Position numbers and translations under genes: made by a program
Assembly (NCBI GenBank): GCA_964016885.1
Contig: OZ024757.1
Coordinates: 4,402,001-4,466,000, forward strand
Reading direction: 5' to 3'
DNA: 64,000 bases
DNA from: Eledone cirrhosa
Taxonomy: Eukaryota
Part shown: piece by piece, positions 43,178 to 56,912 of the stretch
How the letters are laid out: every line of letters begins with the position of its first letter
Position numbering within the stretch: the first letter of the stretch is position 1
The notes under the pieces: generated by a model
Seen by the model: the letters and a program-made list of their open reading frames with translations, nothing else
Databases searched by the model: none
What the model was told of the DNA's origin: nothing

Positions 43178-46159
43178 AACAAAGTCAATCTGTGAACGCA
43201 GAAGTGAATATTTCAAAAAACGTTGCAACCGGAGGAAGACAGAAAGACGATACTTTGGTTCGTGGAAACGTTCCCTATACAAATAAGTAATGGTATAAAC
43301 ATAACATATACTTAGCTACCACATCAAGACGTAAAATATCCGCGTATAGTTCGTACTATCCCTTAGGGTATAATGTGGGGCTGTAATACAGGAAAGGTTT
43401 GTGCAATTTATGTTTACAAGCCGAAATTGCCTCAGATTTTTTGTTTAAGATGTGGTCAGCGGCGCAGAAGTCACATTGTCTTTTATTTCCATTATACGAT
43501 CTAGCCCTAGCTAGGATCTCCCAGTGTAACTTATATTGGGTGTGGTTGTCTTTTAGACTCCAGATATAAGCTGAAAGTGACGTCATATTCCTTCTTAAAG
43601 GGTAACGAAAAGAATGGGTGCGCATGTAAAGACGCTGCTTGAATCTATTGGCGGTTAACCCTATGTAAGGTGTTTCAACCTTACATTTGTAGACAATGTT
43701 ACTAAAGAGGCATTTCCCGGATAGGGGGCAGTCAACCCGATTCCTACAATTACAGTTAGTACTAACTACAGAGTTGCACGTGTTCCTACGGCTAGGTAGT
43801 TTAGCTAAATTTGAAGCTGTGATGTTATGTGCAAGGTTATGAGTCGTAGAGTAAGAAATTTTAATAGTATTTCTATTAAAAATGTTACTAAATTTATGTG
43901 TAGGGGGAAAATGCTTCGTAATAAGGGAGAGAAAGATCTTAGCTAATGGTGTGGCCACCTCCATATTATATGGTGGGTTATACCATATAATGCGTCGTGA
44001 TCTATTTCTTCTAGGTCTATTCTCGTAGTCTGTGTAAGCTACCTTATCGAAAAATCCACTCAGAGCAAGAGCTTCATTGTAATATGTGGAATGGTCGTTG
44101 AAAATATGCTCGTTAGTAGATAGACGGGAAAGCCTCAAAGAAACGTTTCTTACCAGGTTCTTGGTTATGCTGGACCTGAAGAATAGAATTCGTTCTATTA
44201 AGGATTCTAATGCCGTGCACGTCCATTCCGACACAACTGGCAATCTATATCAAGTGGAGCGCAGTACTTACCATCAACTGCTACATAATGCTGTAACTAA
44301 GGATTACCGTAAAACTAATCGGAGCGTCATTAATGAAATCAATGATGCTGGGTTTAAAATCACCTGGACCGGATTGAATCTCTGGACCCTATTTCTCCCC
44401 ACTTTACTCTGAAGGATCACAAATCCAATTTTCTGAACAACCCCTCTATTCGGCTTATTAACCCTACGAAGTTCGATTTAGGTAGACTTAGTAAAAGGAT
44501 TCTTGATAGAATTATACCTTAAATTAGAAGTTTGGCCCCTCTTGCACTGTGGAACAATTCTTTCGCGGTGATTGATTGGTTCAACGGCATATGCAACAAG
44601 GAACATTGCCGTTTTATCCAATTCGACATCAATAATTACTACTCCTCCACCACTTTACCACTTCTCCTTAGAGCTATCAATTTCGCTAAAACACTCACAG
44701 TGGTTAAGGATTTCGAAGTTGATGTCATCCTCAATGCCCGTAAGTCGGTGATTAATTTCGACGACTCTATTTGGATCAAAAAATCTAATAGTACCCCATT
44801 CGACGTGAGTATGGGCGTCAGCGATTCTGTGGAGGTTACTGATCTTATCGGCCTTTTCCTTCTTTTCTCTATCAAGGAAGAATTCCCCAACGTGGGCGGT
44901 GGTTTGTACCGTGATGATGGTCTTTTGACCATGACTAAGTGCGGCCCACGTGCTGGCGACAGGTTCAGAAAAGAACTCACAGCCTTCTTTAAAGTTGAGG
45001 CCAACCTCACGGTCGTTAATTACCTCGACGTTACCCTCAATTTATCAAATGGCTTGCATTACCCGTATAGAAAGCCGAACGATACGCTTAATTACATAAG
45101 TAAGTATTCTAACCATCCTGCCAGCATAACCAAGAACCTAGTACGAAACGTTTCTTTGAGGCTTTCCCGTCTATCTACTAACAAGCATATTTTCAACGAC
45201 CATTCCCCATATTACAATGAAGCTCTTGCTCGGAGTGGATTTGTCGATAAGGTAGCTTATACAGACTACGAGAATAGACCTAGAAGAAATAGATCCCGAC
45301 GCATTATATGGTATAACCCACCATATAATATGGAGGTGGCCACACCATTAGCTAAGATCTTTCTTTCCCTTATTACGAAGCATTTTCCCCCTACACATAA
45401 ATATAGTAAAATTTTTAATAGAAATACTATTAAAATTTCTTACTCTACGACTCCTAACCTTGCACATATCATCACAGCTTCAAATTTAGCTAAACTACCT
45501 AGCCGTAGGAACATGTGCAACCCTGTAGTTAGTACTAACTGTAATTGTAGGAATCGGGTTGACTGCCCCCTATCCGGGAAATGCCTCTCTAGTAACATTG
45601 TCTCCAAATGTAAGGTTGAAACACCCACGTCCCGTAGGGCCTACATAGGGTCAACCGCCAATAGATTCAAGCAGCGTCTTTACATGCACACCCATTATTT
45701 TCGTTACCCTTTAAGAAGGAATATGACGTCACTTTTAGCTTATATCTGGAGTCTAAAAGACAACCACACCCAATATAAATTACACTGGGAGATCCTAGCT
45801 AGGGCTAGATCGTATAATGGAAATAAAAGACCATGTGACTTCTGCGCCGCTGAGGCCCTGGAAATACTCTACGTCAAAGACCACATCTTAAACAAAAAAT
45901 CTGAGGCAATTTCGGCTTGTAAACATAAATTGCACAAAACTTTCCTGTATTACAGCCCCACATTATACCCTAACGGATAGTACGAACTATACGCGGATAT
46001 TTTACGTCTTGGTGTGGTAGCTAAGTATATGTTATGTTTATACCATTACTTATTTGTATAGGGAACGTTTCCACGAACCAAAGTATCGTCTTCCCGTCTT
46101 CCTCCGGTTGCAACGTTCTTTTGAAATATTCACTTCTGCATTCACAGATTGACTTTGTT

Positions 46160-46210
46160 AGTTTCAGAAGATCTCGTTAAGGGTGAAAGCAGCGATTCTT
46201 TGCTTAAACT
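46160..46210 (+). ncRNA. Hammerhead ribozyme, U4A variant, family F
   Basis: Same fold as 43127-43177, followed by AATAAA. Confidence 0.75.
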
Positions 46211-46778
46211 TTAATCTGTTATTTTAATAAATATATATATATATATATATATACATATATACATATATATATATTGGAATAATGTCTATATTCACATATA
46301 TATATATATTTTTCTTTTTATATATACATATATATATATATTTTATATATTTTTATATATTTATTTTTATTTTTATTTACATTTATTCATGTTTTATTAT
46401 ATATATATACACATATATATATATATGTACAATTTATTTTCAAAATATTTGTATACAACAACTACAACGGTACAACGCTTATTCATTTATTTTTCCCTCT
46501 ATTTTTATTTCTATCCAACGTTATTTTTACTTATGCTTGTCTCTCCTCTGTCTCTCATCATTTTCTATATATTTTCTTCTCTGTAATAATTTCTCCTTTT
46601 TCTTCTTTTTTCTCTTTCTCCTTTTCTTTTTCCTTCTTTTTTCTTTTTCCTTTCCTTTTTTCTTTACTGTATCTATCTCCCTTTCTTCCTTCTTTTCTCT
46701 CTATATCTTTATTATTAATATTATTATTGATGATGTAATTTGAATTTGTAAATTTGCCGGTTACATATATTTTCTATA

Positions 46779-46867
46779 ACAGTTTCAGAAGATCTGATTG
46801 AGTGGCACTGCTTCTAGTGTTCAGTAATTTTTAGACATCTTTATCAGTGAAACAATTGTTAGACTGT
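46779..46867 (+). ncRNA. Hammerhead ribozyme, U4A variant, 44-nt loop II
   Basis: ACAGTTT-CAGAAGA-tCTGAT[44 nt]ATCAGt-GAAA-CAATT-GTT-AGACTGT-aAATAAA. Confidence 0.78.
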
Positions 46868-46936
46868 AAATAAATCCCCTTTTTTGTACTGTTGACCATG
46901 TTATTCTCCACTTTTTCAATTATATATATATACATA

Positions 46937-47781
46937 TACTTAGGTATATCCTAATGTTTGTTGAGTGAGATGGAGTTGGTCGGAGTATCGCTTAAGGCTT
47001 TCTCTGTTTATGTATTGAATATATACTTTTGGGTGGCCTGATATGATTTCCAGATACAAGGTATGACTCTCTTTATTATTATTATTTTTTATATGAAATA
47101 CTGATTGATCTTCCTTGTATCCCATGTCTGATTTAGCCTTAGAGAATGGCTATGTGTGTATATGGGTGATCCATACATGTATTTATTATGTTTTAATATA
47201 TCTGTGTGTGCATTGGTTGTGTATACATATGGTTACTCTTTCAATATCCAATTGAGTTCTTATACACGTGGTTAATACCTAACAGGTTTAAATGACCAGC
47301 GTGTATATTGTTTTATTTTAAGATGACCTCCCTTTACCCTTTTGGGGACAGCGTGTATTTTATCTTTGGTAGGACTGCTGGATTTTCTAATCTACCAGTC
47401 TCTTCTTAGCGCTGAGGGAGACCATCACCATTCTATTAATGTCGATATAATTCTTATATCGATATTATTTGGGCATCCACTGATGAGTTTATAAGAGGCC
47501 GCTTGTGTATAAAACTATGGATTATATACAAGTTTCTACATAACCTGGAAATTATTTATCCCAAATTGTAGAAATCTTATAACGAAACGGCCGTCTGGAA
47601 GGAAAGAGATATTCATTTAATAATGTCTCATATAAAATAATACAACCAGCTATCCACGCAATACTGATTAGTTAGCACCTCAAACACTAAATTGGGATAA
47701 TACTTAGGTATATCCTAATGTTTGTTGAGTGAGATGGAGTTGGTCGGAGTATCGCTTAAGGCTTTCTCTGTTTATGTATTG
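46937..47781 (+). mobile_element. ORF-less terminally redundant HHR element (about 764-nt unit)
   Basis: Direct repeats of about 81 bp at 46937-47017 and 47701-47781 enclose an HHR. Confidence 0.8.
47476..47599 (+). ncRNA. Hammerhead ribozyme with 78-nt two-hairpin insertion in stem II
   Basis: TCCA-CTGATGA-GTTTATAAGA[CTTGTGTATAA/TTATATACAAG; TTTCTACA/TGTAGAAA]TCTTATAAC-GAAA-CGGCC-GTC-TGGA. Confidence 0.85.
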
Positions 47782-47829
<48 letters not shown>

Positions 47830-47830
<1 letters not shown>

Positions 47831-50800
47831 AAATGAAAATCCGAAGGCAAGGTAAAATTCCAATCATTTAATCACGACACATGTTTCAATATGAGATAGA
47901 TCGATTGTGAAGCCATGATCGATTATCACTGATCTCAACGGGTGAAAACGAATTGTCTTCAAATTCTTGATATGAGGGAGAAACAATAACGATGTTCTCT
48001 CACAGAATCCATTCCCTCATATGGAGACACACCACTCAGTCAGAGACACGGCGACTGCTTTAGTTGAGGTCATAAAAGTTTTCAGATTTTCATCGCTGTA
48101 AAAGACGCTGTAGGGATACAGTCAGTCACAGTTAAAAGTGAGTGGGTACACACACACTCCACACCCACATACATCGGCTTGAGGTCAAAGAAAAATATAT
48201 ACATATATATACACACATCAACACAGTATTAAACCCGTAGATTTGGCGTGGGTGGGTACACACATACTTTCACACACACCGAAGCGATGTCCGAGAAAAA
48301 AACAAATATAATAAAACAAATATAAGAATGTACCAACACAGCACTCACCGAAAGTTAGTTCACAAAGCAACAGAAGCTATGTCGGTCAAATCTCAATTTG
48401 ACGATGTAAATTGGAAATATTGGGTTAACCAACGCCCCACACATACACACACGTGCGTGCGCGCAGGTAAGTTCAGTTCAGTGTTCTGCTATACGTGTAA
48501 AGATCGAAATGTAACATCCATATCTTCAAGTGTATGTTATGGTATATACACATCCGAATCGTCCAAAAAAGGGAGTATGTCCGGGAATATACACATCCAT
48601 GTGAAGAGCAAGCAATCAGCTCATGTCGAACTCCTTGTGTACCGCTATCCCATTGAGAATCAGTGTTACCAAATCCGTGCGTGCAAGCAACTGCAATGTA
48701 GGCCGGCAAAGGGCTCTGTGTAGGTTTGGGTATTGGGTAAATGCGTCCGCAAGTGCGATTTCCCGTCATATGGGCCAATGAGCTTTGAGATAGTTGTTTG
48801 AGTGGTCGATGTGTGTTATCCAACACAGAAGGTGAAGTAAGAAAACACAGGACAGTAAAATCCAAAGGTTGTGTGTAGGCCCATTTATGGTGTGTCAGTA
48901 TTATTGTTCAATCCGTAACAGTGAGTCCTCCATGGTTAGATGATCACGCATCAAAACCTGGTGTAGTGTTCAGTCGGTAGGAACGTGACTGTCGTAATTG
49001 TGGGAGCTCAATGTCTAAAGGAAACGAGTACTGTGTGTAGAGCTATGTATAGAGAGCGTAATCGGTCCTAACTAAGTGTGTAATCAATCTAACTATTTAC
49101 TAGCTAGGTATTCTAAAAGAGAGCACTCAGCTATGAGAACTCCGTGGAAACAGGCCGAGTATCGTTTGCAGGTACGCAAACAATCTTAGCCGTCTAACTA
49201 CCTAAGTGTGTGACTGTCCGTTTATTGAGAGAACTCAATGGCTAAAGTAGAGAGGGAGGAGTTATTGGTAGGTTACCTTCCAAAAATCCTGCGGAAGGTT
49301 TTCGAGGTTCTATGTTGACAGTTGCTGAACAAATCTGCTCTCCTATTAATTAATAGGGGGCCGCTTCTAATAATATTAAAAGTTTCAGCTATACATAAAT
49401 TGCAGATGCCAGTGCTGCCGTTATAAGGTTGGGCTGAGCAAACTATGGACCAGGATAAGGAGTGCTCTATATTCTGATGTTTAAGCTTCCAGACTAATTC
49501 CGAAAGTGCCGAGCTATTTTTTTATCTAATCTATTAAAGATATGGCGGTGATTATACCATCTATCCTTAAATTCCGTGGCAGTTGCCCCAACATACCTAA
49601 AGGTTCTATCAGGAGTGGAGACCTTACAGTCGTAGACTATGTTTTTGGTAAGGCATTTCCCAGCCAAGGGGCAGGTGGCGGTGCTTCTGCAGTTACATTT
49701 TTTGCTATCGATCTGGGTAGTTCCAGATGGACCACGGTACCTTTGTGGTCGGGTCTCAGTTCCAGTCTGCTCTATGGGTAAATTCTCTGGTGTTGGGGAG
49801 ACCCGACTCGCCTCACGTGTTTGAGTCAGTTCCTCAATAGAGCTGCCATTGTTCCTGCTATGCCTAATTCCCTCATTGGCTGTCCTAAGTCTACTATAAT
49901 TCACCTTAGCTATATTTTGAGCTATGTTACTAGTTGTGGAGTAGGACAGCTTGATGGTATTTCTATTGAATATTTTATAATATCTGTGCGATTTAGGGAA
50001 TCATTTGTCTAAGGCCCTAAAGAAAAGCTTAGCTATATCAGTGGTCAGGCCAGTGGAGTAAGGGGGATTATACCACAGGACTTTTCTGGTCCGATGCCTC
50101 TTGTTCCTACTAACTATATTAGAATTACCTGTCTCCCTAGTAGTTACTGGTCTATTGTAACTGGAAATTACCTGTGGGTCGATGGTGTCCTGGGGTGTCA
50201 CGATTGTGTTCGGAAACTCCCAAGTCTCCAGGGCGGTGTACCCCCCGTGCGGCCATTGAGGTTACCCCCGATAGCCGGGGTTGTATCCACTATGCGTCTG
50301 CTACACCTGTCCCTATTCCCCTTACTCGACCCTCGTTCCATATCGCGTTCAACGGTAGTTATATCGGTTCCACAATTAAGGTTACCATTAGAGTTTCCGC
50401 TGGCGTTACGTTGCTCAGACCCAGTGTTAGTACCTGGGTGGCTGTTTCTATTAGTGCCAACAGCACTGGGACTAGGCGGTAGTATAACATGAAGACTATA
50501 TGAATCCTCCCTCGTATCCCGCCTGCTGTTAACTAGAGTGTCACTATTTAGGCCTAAGCTATCGCGGGCAATATTACTTCTACTATTTAATGGACGTCTG
50601 AATGAGATTCCCTCGCTATGCCCTGCGCCTTCCAGGGCGCTATTATAGTAATTCGAGATCTTATTTAAGGTATCTTCATTGGAAGATAGTCCTGAAATTC
50701 TACTAGAGACGCTTTTGATAATACCGTTAGTGACTATTCTAGGGTGGTTCGATTTTGCGTTGACATAGTTTAGATTCTCGTTGGGTTTGTGGTAGGGTTG

Positions 50801-52165
50801 GAAGAGTCCTGAATTGAGGTTAAGTGTAACATCTAGAAAATTAGCTATCTTTAAATTCTCTTCAAGTACTATACTTAGCTCTATGCTCTTGAAGAATTTG
50901 CTAAGTTCTTTCCTCACCTTCTCTACCATACTATTATTATGGAACGACACAGTAAACAAGACGTCGTCACGGTAAGCGCCGCCTCCCAGGTGGGGCATTT
51001 CCGCTCCGAGACAGTCAAGGAGGTAAAGGCCCACCAGATCCGTCGCCTCAGCCGAGTCCGTGGATCCCATGGTGATGTCGAAATTGTCTGGCCAATCCTT
51101 CCTAGTCCACGGGTCACCGTTGAATTCAATTAAGGTTTTCCTAGCTAGGAGAATTATGCTAATTTCTTCGGATGTAAGGTCGGTGTGTAAGCTAGCAAAG
51201 TTAAGGGCCCTACCTAGAAGAGTTGGAGAGATTGAAGAGTAGTAATTAGAGATATCGAACTGTATAAACTTAGTGCTATTCTTTTTCTGCGATTTTTCAA
51301 ACCAGTTAATTACCTCACTAGTTCCTGACCACAATTTGAACTTCGATCTCCTAACTAGAGAGGGGATTATTTTATCAAGGATGTTTTTACTTACGATTCC
51401 TATGTCCGACTTCGAAGGGGCTATCAGCCTGACAGGTCTTAATGATTCAAAGTTCAATTTGTGGTCCTTCAGCAAAATCCTCGGGGTTCTAGGATGGAAG
51501 GGTTCGGTTTTATCCTCAATACCCAGTTTAATCATGACACTATTGGCCTCCGTGTTAATTAAATCCAGGTTGGCCCATGTAGTTTTTCTGTAGCTTTTCC
51601 TAAGTTCTCTGGTTATCAAATCATCATAAGTTACTCTATCCATATCGTACAGGTTGTTAGTCTTGTCTGCATGCACTAAAATGCCGGTCGAGTTCTTTAA
51701 TTTTACTAGATCACCATTCAGTCGTCTCAGGTAACTTTTTCTCCTGAGTGGGTTTTTCCTAAACTTAAGGTTGGACACTATGTTAGACATTTCAGTCACG
51801 AATTCCTCCAAGTATTTATTGTGTGGTGGATTTCTTCTGGATTTGAATATTTCCTCGATGCCGCGCGTTCTCTCCCTGGGGTGGTTTGTTGGTGTTCCTC
51901 TGTCGAAGTGGAAGGCCTTCCAACGCATTCTACGGGCAAAGGAATCCGATTTACCTATGGCCAACCTTGTGAATTCTTTTATGTTGGGAAAAGGGATGTC
52001 CTTAAGTGAAGAGTTCACCGAGAATTTCTCCATCATATTCCTTGCTTAACAGCATTAAGTGCATCTAGCTGTTCCCTCGAATGGAATTGGAGATATACAA
52101 AAGCGTGGAGAATTTAATATTGCTAACATAAAGTTATTGGACCATTTTACACAACCAATAATGCA
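47830..52165 (-). mobile_element. Near full-length Naiad-type PLE
   Basis: Coding region 52036 to about 49273: RRMRWKA, HADKTNNLY, LLKDHK, QFDISNYY, FDITMGSTD, AYRDD, WYNPPY, CNCRSTATCPLAGKCL, YVG, CNLC, CQH. Two frameshifts and one TGA. 3' UTR of about 1.4 kb ends in a degenerate HHR-like motif (47872-47945, core CCGTTGA). Confidence 0.92.
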
Positions 52166-52179
52166 CCTTACTATATAAC

Positions 52180-52239
<60 letters not shown>

Positions 52240-52242
<3 letters not shown>

Positions 52243-52651
52243 TAAAATTAGAGCGAGAAGACGTCCTTCATCAGTGATCTTCCAACCGTCATTGGTATTT
52301 CTTCGCATTAAAGATCATATACCTCTGGCTGGTGCGAGCAATAACTAAAAAAAGTTATTGGGTCACGTAGAATAGGGTGAAGCGAGTGAGACATGTAAAC
52401 AAACAGTGATGGTAATGCGACGGAAAGAGGGGAAGAGGGGAAACAAGTCCATGATATCTATGAACTTAAGTTCGGCGAATCATGGGCGAGGAGAGACACA
52501 GACGCGTCCGAACCATGTGAGATGTTGCATTACCATCTCCGTTTTAATGCGAAGAAATACCAATGACGGCTGGAAGATCACTGATGAAGGACGTCTTTTC
52601 GCTCTAATTTTATTCATATGTATCCCATTTGCAACAAAGCAGCACGCCATT

Positions 52652-52660
<9 letters not shown>
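52240..52660. repeat. Fold-back relative of the 7801-8550 element
   Basis: 52237-52311 is an inverted repeat of 52543-52619. Confidence 0.75.
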
Positions 52661-52694
<34 letters not shown>

Positions 52695-52699
<5 letters not shown>

Positions 52700-53735
52700 A
52701 TACTTTGGGAGCGTCATGTTGCCAATAAGAAACACACGCACCAGTTGCTTTCACTCCAATTTATTATAAATTTAAAAAGAAAATTTTTAAATGTTTTTTT
52801 TATTTATAAATTTCCGGTTGGTTGGTTGGTTCCACAACCGGACTGTTGTTCATATATTGTCAAAGTTCTTTCGTCACATATTCTGTGACCTCTTCAGTGA
52901 CTGGGGATTCTTTTCTTTGTTTTGTGCCTCTCCTTTGTTCTGTCCTACGCCATCTTGTTTGTGTGTGTGTTGTGTGCTTAGGTTGCGCACGTGTTACATC
53001 CGGGTGTATGTGTGTGTTTTTATTTGTTTATTTACATGTTACTGGTTGGTTGTTTGTTCTATGTGTGTGTGTTTTCATTTTGTCCTTAATTGTAAGTTGT
53101 GATGTTGCTATTCCATTCATGTTTTTTATTTAATTTTGGTTGGAGTTCATTTATGTTTATTGACTCTGTGATTTGTCTAAACATTGCGTCTTTTCTGTGT
53201 GTAGATTTATTTTTATTTCTATGTTCTCTAATTTGACCTTATGATCTATTTTAGCATGTTGGTGGAGTATTGATAATTCTTTTCTATCTTGAAGCTCTCG
53301 CCAGTGTTCATTTAACCGTTCTCCTATACTACGAGCTGTCTCACCTATGTAGACTATATTCTTATCCTTACATTGTCCTTCAGTACATCTTATGCTATAT
53401 ACTATGTTTCTAGTTTTACAGTTAATATGGGGGCTTAGTTTACAGATTATGCATTTCCTATCTATACAGGGAGGTCTTTGAAAAGGGTATGTATTACTAA
53501 TAAGTGTTTTTATGGAGGTACCTGGTCTTTCTACTATCTTAATATTAAGTTTAAGTTTGTCTAGGGCCCTTCTAAATTTGTAAGCCAATTCACCTCTAGG
53601 GTTTGTATTGATGAACATTACACTCCGGTATTTATTGCTATCATACCATGAGTTTATTCTATTAACCTTATTCCCAGTTCTTTCTATTCTATTCCAAAAT
53701 GTGCTCCTATAGAAAGTGCAGATCCCATCTGTCAT
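52695..53735 (-). mobile_element. PLE 3' fragment (non-Naiad clade, diverged subfamily)
   Basis: CIICKL..NCKTRNIVYSIRC..YIGETARSIGERLNEH. Confidence 0.85.
52859..52901 (-). ncRNA. Type I hammerhead ribozyme
   Basis: GTCA-CTGAAGA-gGTCACAgaataTGTGAC-GAAA-GAA-CTT-TGAC. Confidence 0.8.
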
Positions 53736-54325
53736 TCTGCCAGTTGTCTGATGCGATCATCCTTTTCATCAAACCAGTCCTGGTGGACTCTCTTCCTCGG
53801 CCCGATGGTTGCCTTGGCTGTCTCTGTCACCAGCGACCTGAACCGGTCCCACTGTTAAGTTGAGGGTCCGGTCAGTGGTCCATGGGCAGTCAGCCGGCCG
53901 TCCAGGTCTTCCGTGAACGCATCACGATGTTCTGGCTGCTTGAGTCGTCGACGTCGAAAGCTGGCCTACAGACTTTCGGAGTCTTGCGATGCGTCGGGGT
54001 GGTGTGCAGTGACAGGATGGTCCTGACAAGGCGATGGTCGGTCCAACACTCTGCACCACGCATGGCCCTGGTGATTCTGATGTTACGGATGTCCTCCCTG
54101 CAGCATATGGCAAAGTCAATCAGATGCCACTGTTTGGATCCGGGGTGCATCCATGTCGTCTTGAACTTGTCTGCCTGGCGGAACAGTGTGCTGGTGATGG
54201 TGAGGACGTTTTTCGGCGTAGAAACTCAACAGTATGAGGCCGTTAGAGTTCAGCTTCCCTGTGCCGTGAGGTCCCAGCTCGCCTCTCCAGTTGCTGCTGT
54301 CATACCCGACTCTTGCTGTCAGACC
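53736..54325 (-). mobile_element. RTE (BovB-like) LINE APE fragment
   Basis: NSNGLILL, TWMHPGSKQWHLIDF, RAMRGAECWTDHRLV. Confidence 0.82.
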
Positions 54326-54327
54326 CC

Positions 54328-55621
54328 CTTTCTTGAAAGCAACGGATTGCTGAACTCCAACCAACATGGGTTCCGTAATGGAAGGGACTGCCTAATGCAG
54401 CTCCTGCATCACTTTGACGATGTTTTGAGAGCCTTGGGAGAGGGCTCTAACACTGATGTCATCTACCTTGATTTCAGCAAGGCCTTTGACAGGGTTGATC
54501 CTAAGATTCTACTGAAAAAACTATCCAATATTGATGTCTCTGGAAAGTTACTGCAGTGGATCAAATGTTTCCTGACATGTTGTAGTCGAAGAAGTGAAAT
54601 CAATCCCTGCCAAAGTCAGCAGTGGCGTCCCACAAGGCACTGTGTTGGGCCCACTTCTTTTCATCATCTACATTAATGACATTACTGACATCATCAAGCA
54701 CAGCAACGTAAGAATCTTCGCAGATGCTTTCAAGCTCCAAAGGGTCATCAATGAGGTGGGTGACCGGACTTGCCTTCAGTCAGACCTACTGGCTGTTATC
54801 CAATGGGCAGAAGATAAATTTGAATTAATCCATTTTGGAAAAAAGGATGCCCTGAAACTACCATACTCTCTTCCTTCGGGTGAAACTCTAGTGGCATCCA
54901 ATAACATCAGAGACCTGGGAGTAATTGTGGACAACAACATAATCTGGGCCACTCATATAAACAGCAAAGTTGATAAGGCCCGCAGAATGTGTTCCTGGAT
55001 TCTCAGAACTTTCCAGTCGAGATATATACACACTGTTGTCCTTCTCTTCTCCACTTTTGCCCGACCCCACCTTGAATACTGTTGTCCACTGTAGTCTCAC
55101 CACACGAAACAAAGTATCATGAAAGTTGAAGCACCCCAAAGGTCAATTACAAAAAAGATAGTTGGCATGACAGGCCTTGACTATGGGGTCGTTTAGAAAA
55201 GCTTAAACTTTATTCTCTTCAACGTCGCCGTGAGCGCTACATTATCTGCATGATGTGGAAAATATTCCATCAGCTTTGCCCGAATGATGCTGGCATCACC
55301 TTTGATGTACACCCAAGGCTTGGGTCCCCTGCTATCCGCCCACGATAAAATCTCACTCGCATCTCACAACAACAATACAGCACAATTATTTCACCTGAAT
55401 AGGCTCTGCTCTCTTTAACATTACACCAAAACACATCAAGTTCAAGAAGTCTTTGGATAAATTCCTTCAAGAAATCCCGGATAAGCCTCCTACACCCAGA
55501 TATGCCTCCGTAAACCATAACTCTCTGCTCGAGTGGACCATGGTGCCCAAACACTGATTCGTAAGACTTCGCCAGGTGGTGCTATTAAGTTAGACATTGC
55601 CTGGGCCAATACTGGCCGAAA
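54328..55621 (+). mobile_element. 5'-truncated CR1-group LINE RT (same family as 39870-42552)
   Basis: [39 protein letters not shown]. Confidence 0.9.
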
Positions 55622-55637
55622 CTTATATATATAAATA

Positions 55638-55720
<83 letters not shown>

Positions 55721-55832
55721 ATATACATAATACATATACATATGTATATATATACATATATATATATATACATATACATATATATATACATATATATACA
55801 TGTATATATATATATATACATATACATATATG

Positions 55833-56312
<480 letters not shown>

Positions 56313-56393
56313 ATCATACTCTGGTCTATGAAAGCATCGAGTCCTCATACGGCCTACCGCATACGGACGCTTTAAGCTTCCAACACCAATTAC

Positions 56394-56456
<63 letters not shown>

Positions 56457-56555
56457 CATAAATGAAGTAATTCCGTCGGAAAAGTCCAGGAAAGAAGAGT
56501 GCTATATGTAGGTAACAGAGCTTAATAGTTATGTAATAAACAACATAAGGCAATT

Positions 56556-56618
56556 ATTTCATTTACCAGTGGTTTCTCAAAAGCAAAAAAATTTTGCTTT
56601 CAATCATCAGAATATAAA

Positions 56619-56619
<1 letters not shown>
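56556..56619 (-). ncRNA. Type I hammerhead ribozyme
   Basis: atttaTATT-CTGATGA-TTGAAAGCAAAAtttTTTTGCTTTTGA-GAAA-CCACTG-GTA-AATGaaat. Confidence 0.8.
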
Positions 56620-56668
<49 letters not shown>

Positions 56669-56793
56669 TTAGTTAAGCAAAACAAGACCAACAATTTCAC
56701 AAGGAAGACATTATTAAAAGATTGTCAACATATTTTAGTTTGATGTAAGGAATGTAGAGAATAATAATAATAATATTAATAATAATAATATCG

Positions 56794-56912
56794 GTTTACA
56801 ATTGTTTCGCTACTCCATATAATATTTCTGGATCAAATGACTATATATCATTATTGATCTGGTTCAGTTGAAAATAATTAACATAATTAAAGATAGAGCG
56901 GCTCATCGGAAC
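56794..56912 (-). ncRNA. Hammerhead ribozyme (U4C) with branched stem II insertion
   Basis: GTT-CCGATGA-GCcGCTCTAT[TAATTA/TAATTA; GATCAA/TTGATC]ATGGAGTaGC-GAAA-CAATT-GTA-AAC. Confidence 0.75.

Larger units (their letters stand above)
43015..46232 (+). mobile_element. Fold-back Naiad-type PLE (RT plus GIY-YIG, 482-aa open segment)
   Basis: ORF 44532-45980 has QFDINNYY, FDVSMGVSD, GLYRDD, WYNPPY, CNCRNRVDCPLSGKCL and YIG. Arms 43106-44174 and 45119-46231 are inverted. Confidence 0.92.

Noticed and set aside
52555-52600. ATGA..AA..TGA as a SECIS or C/D-box motif
   Set aside because: The helix between the putative quartet strands is too short and poorly paired.
53882-54676. 264-aa ORF as a novel fusion gene
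   Set aside because: Chance read-through from an antisense RTE fragment into a CR1-group RT fragment.
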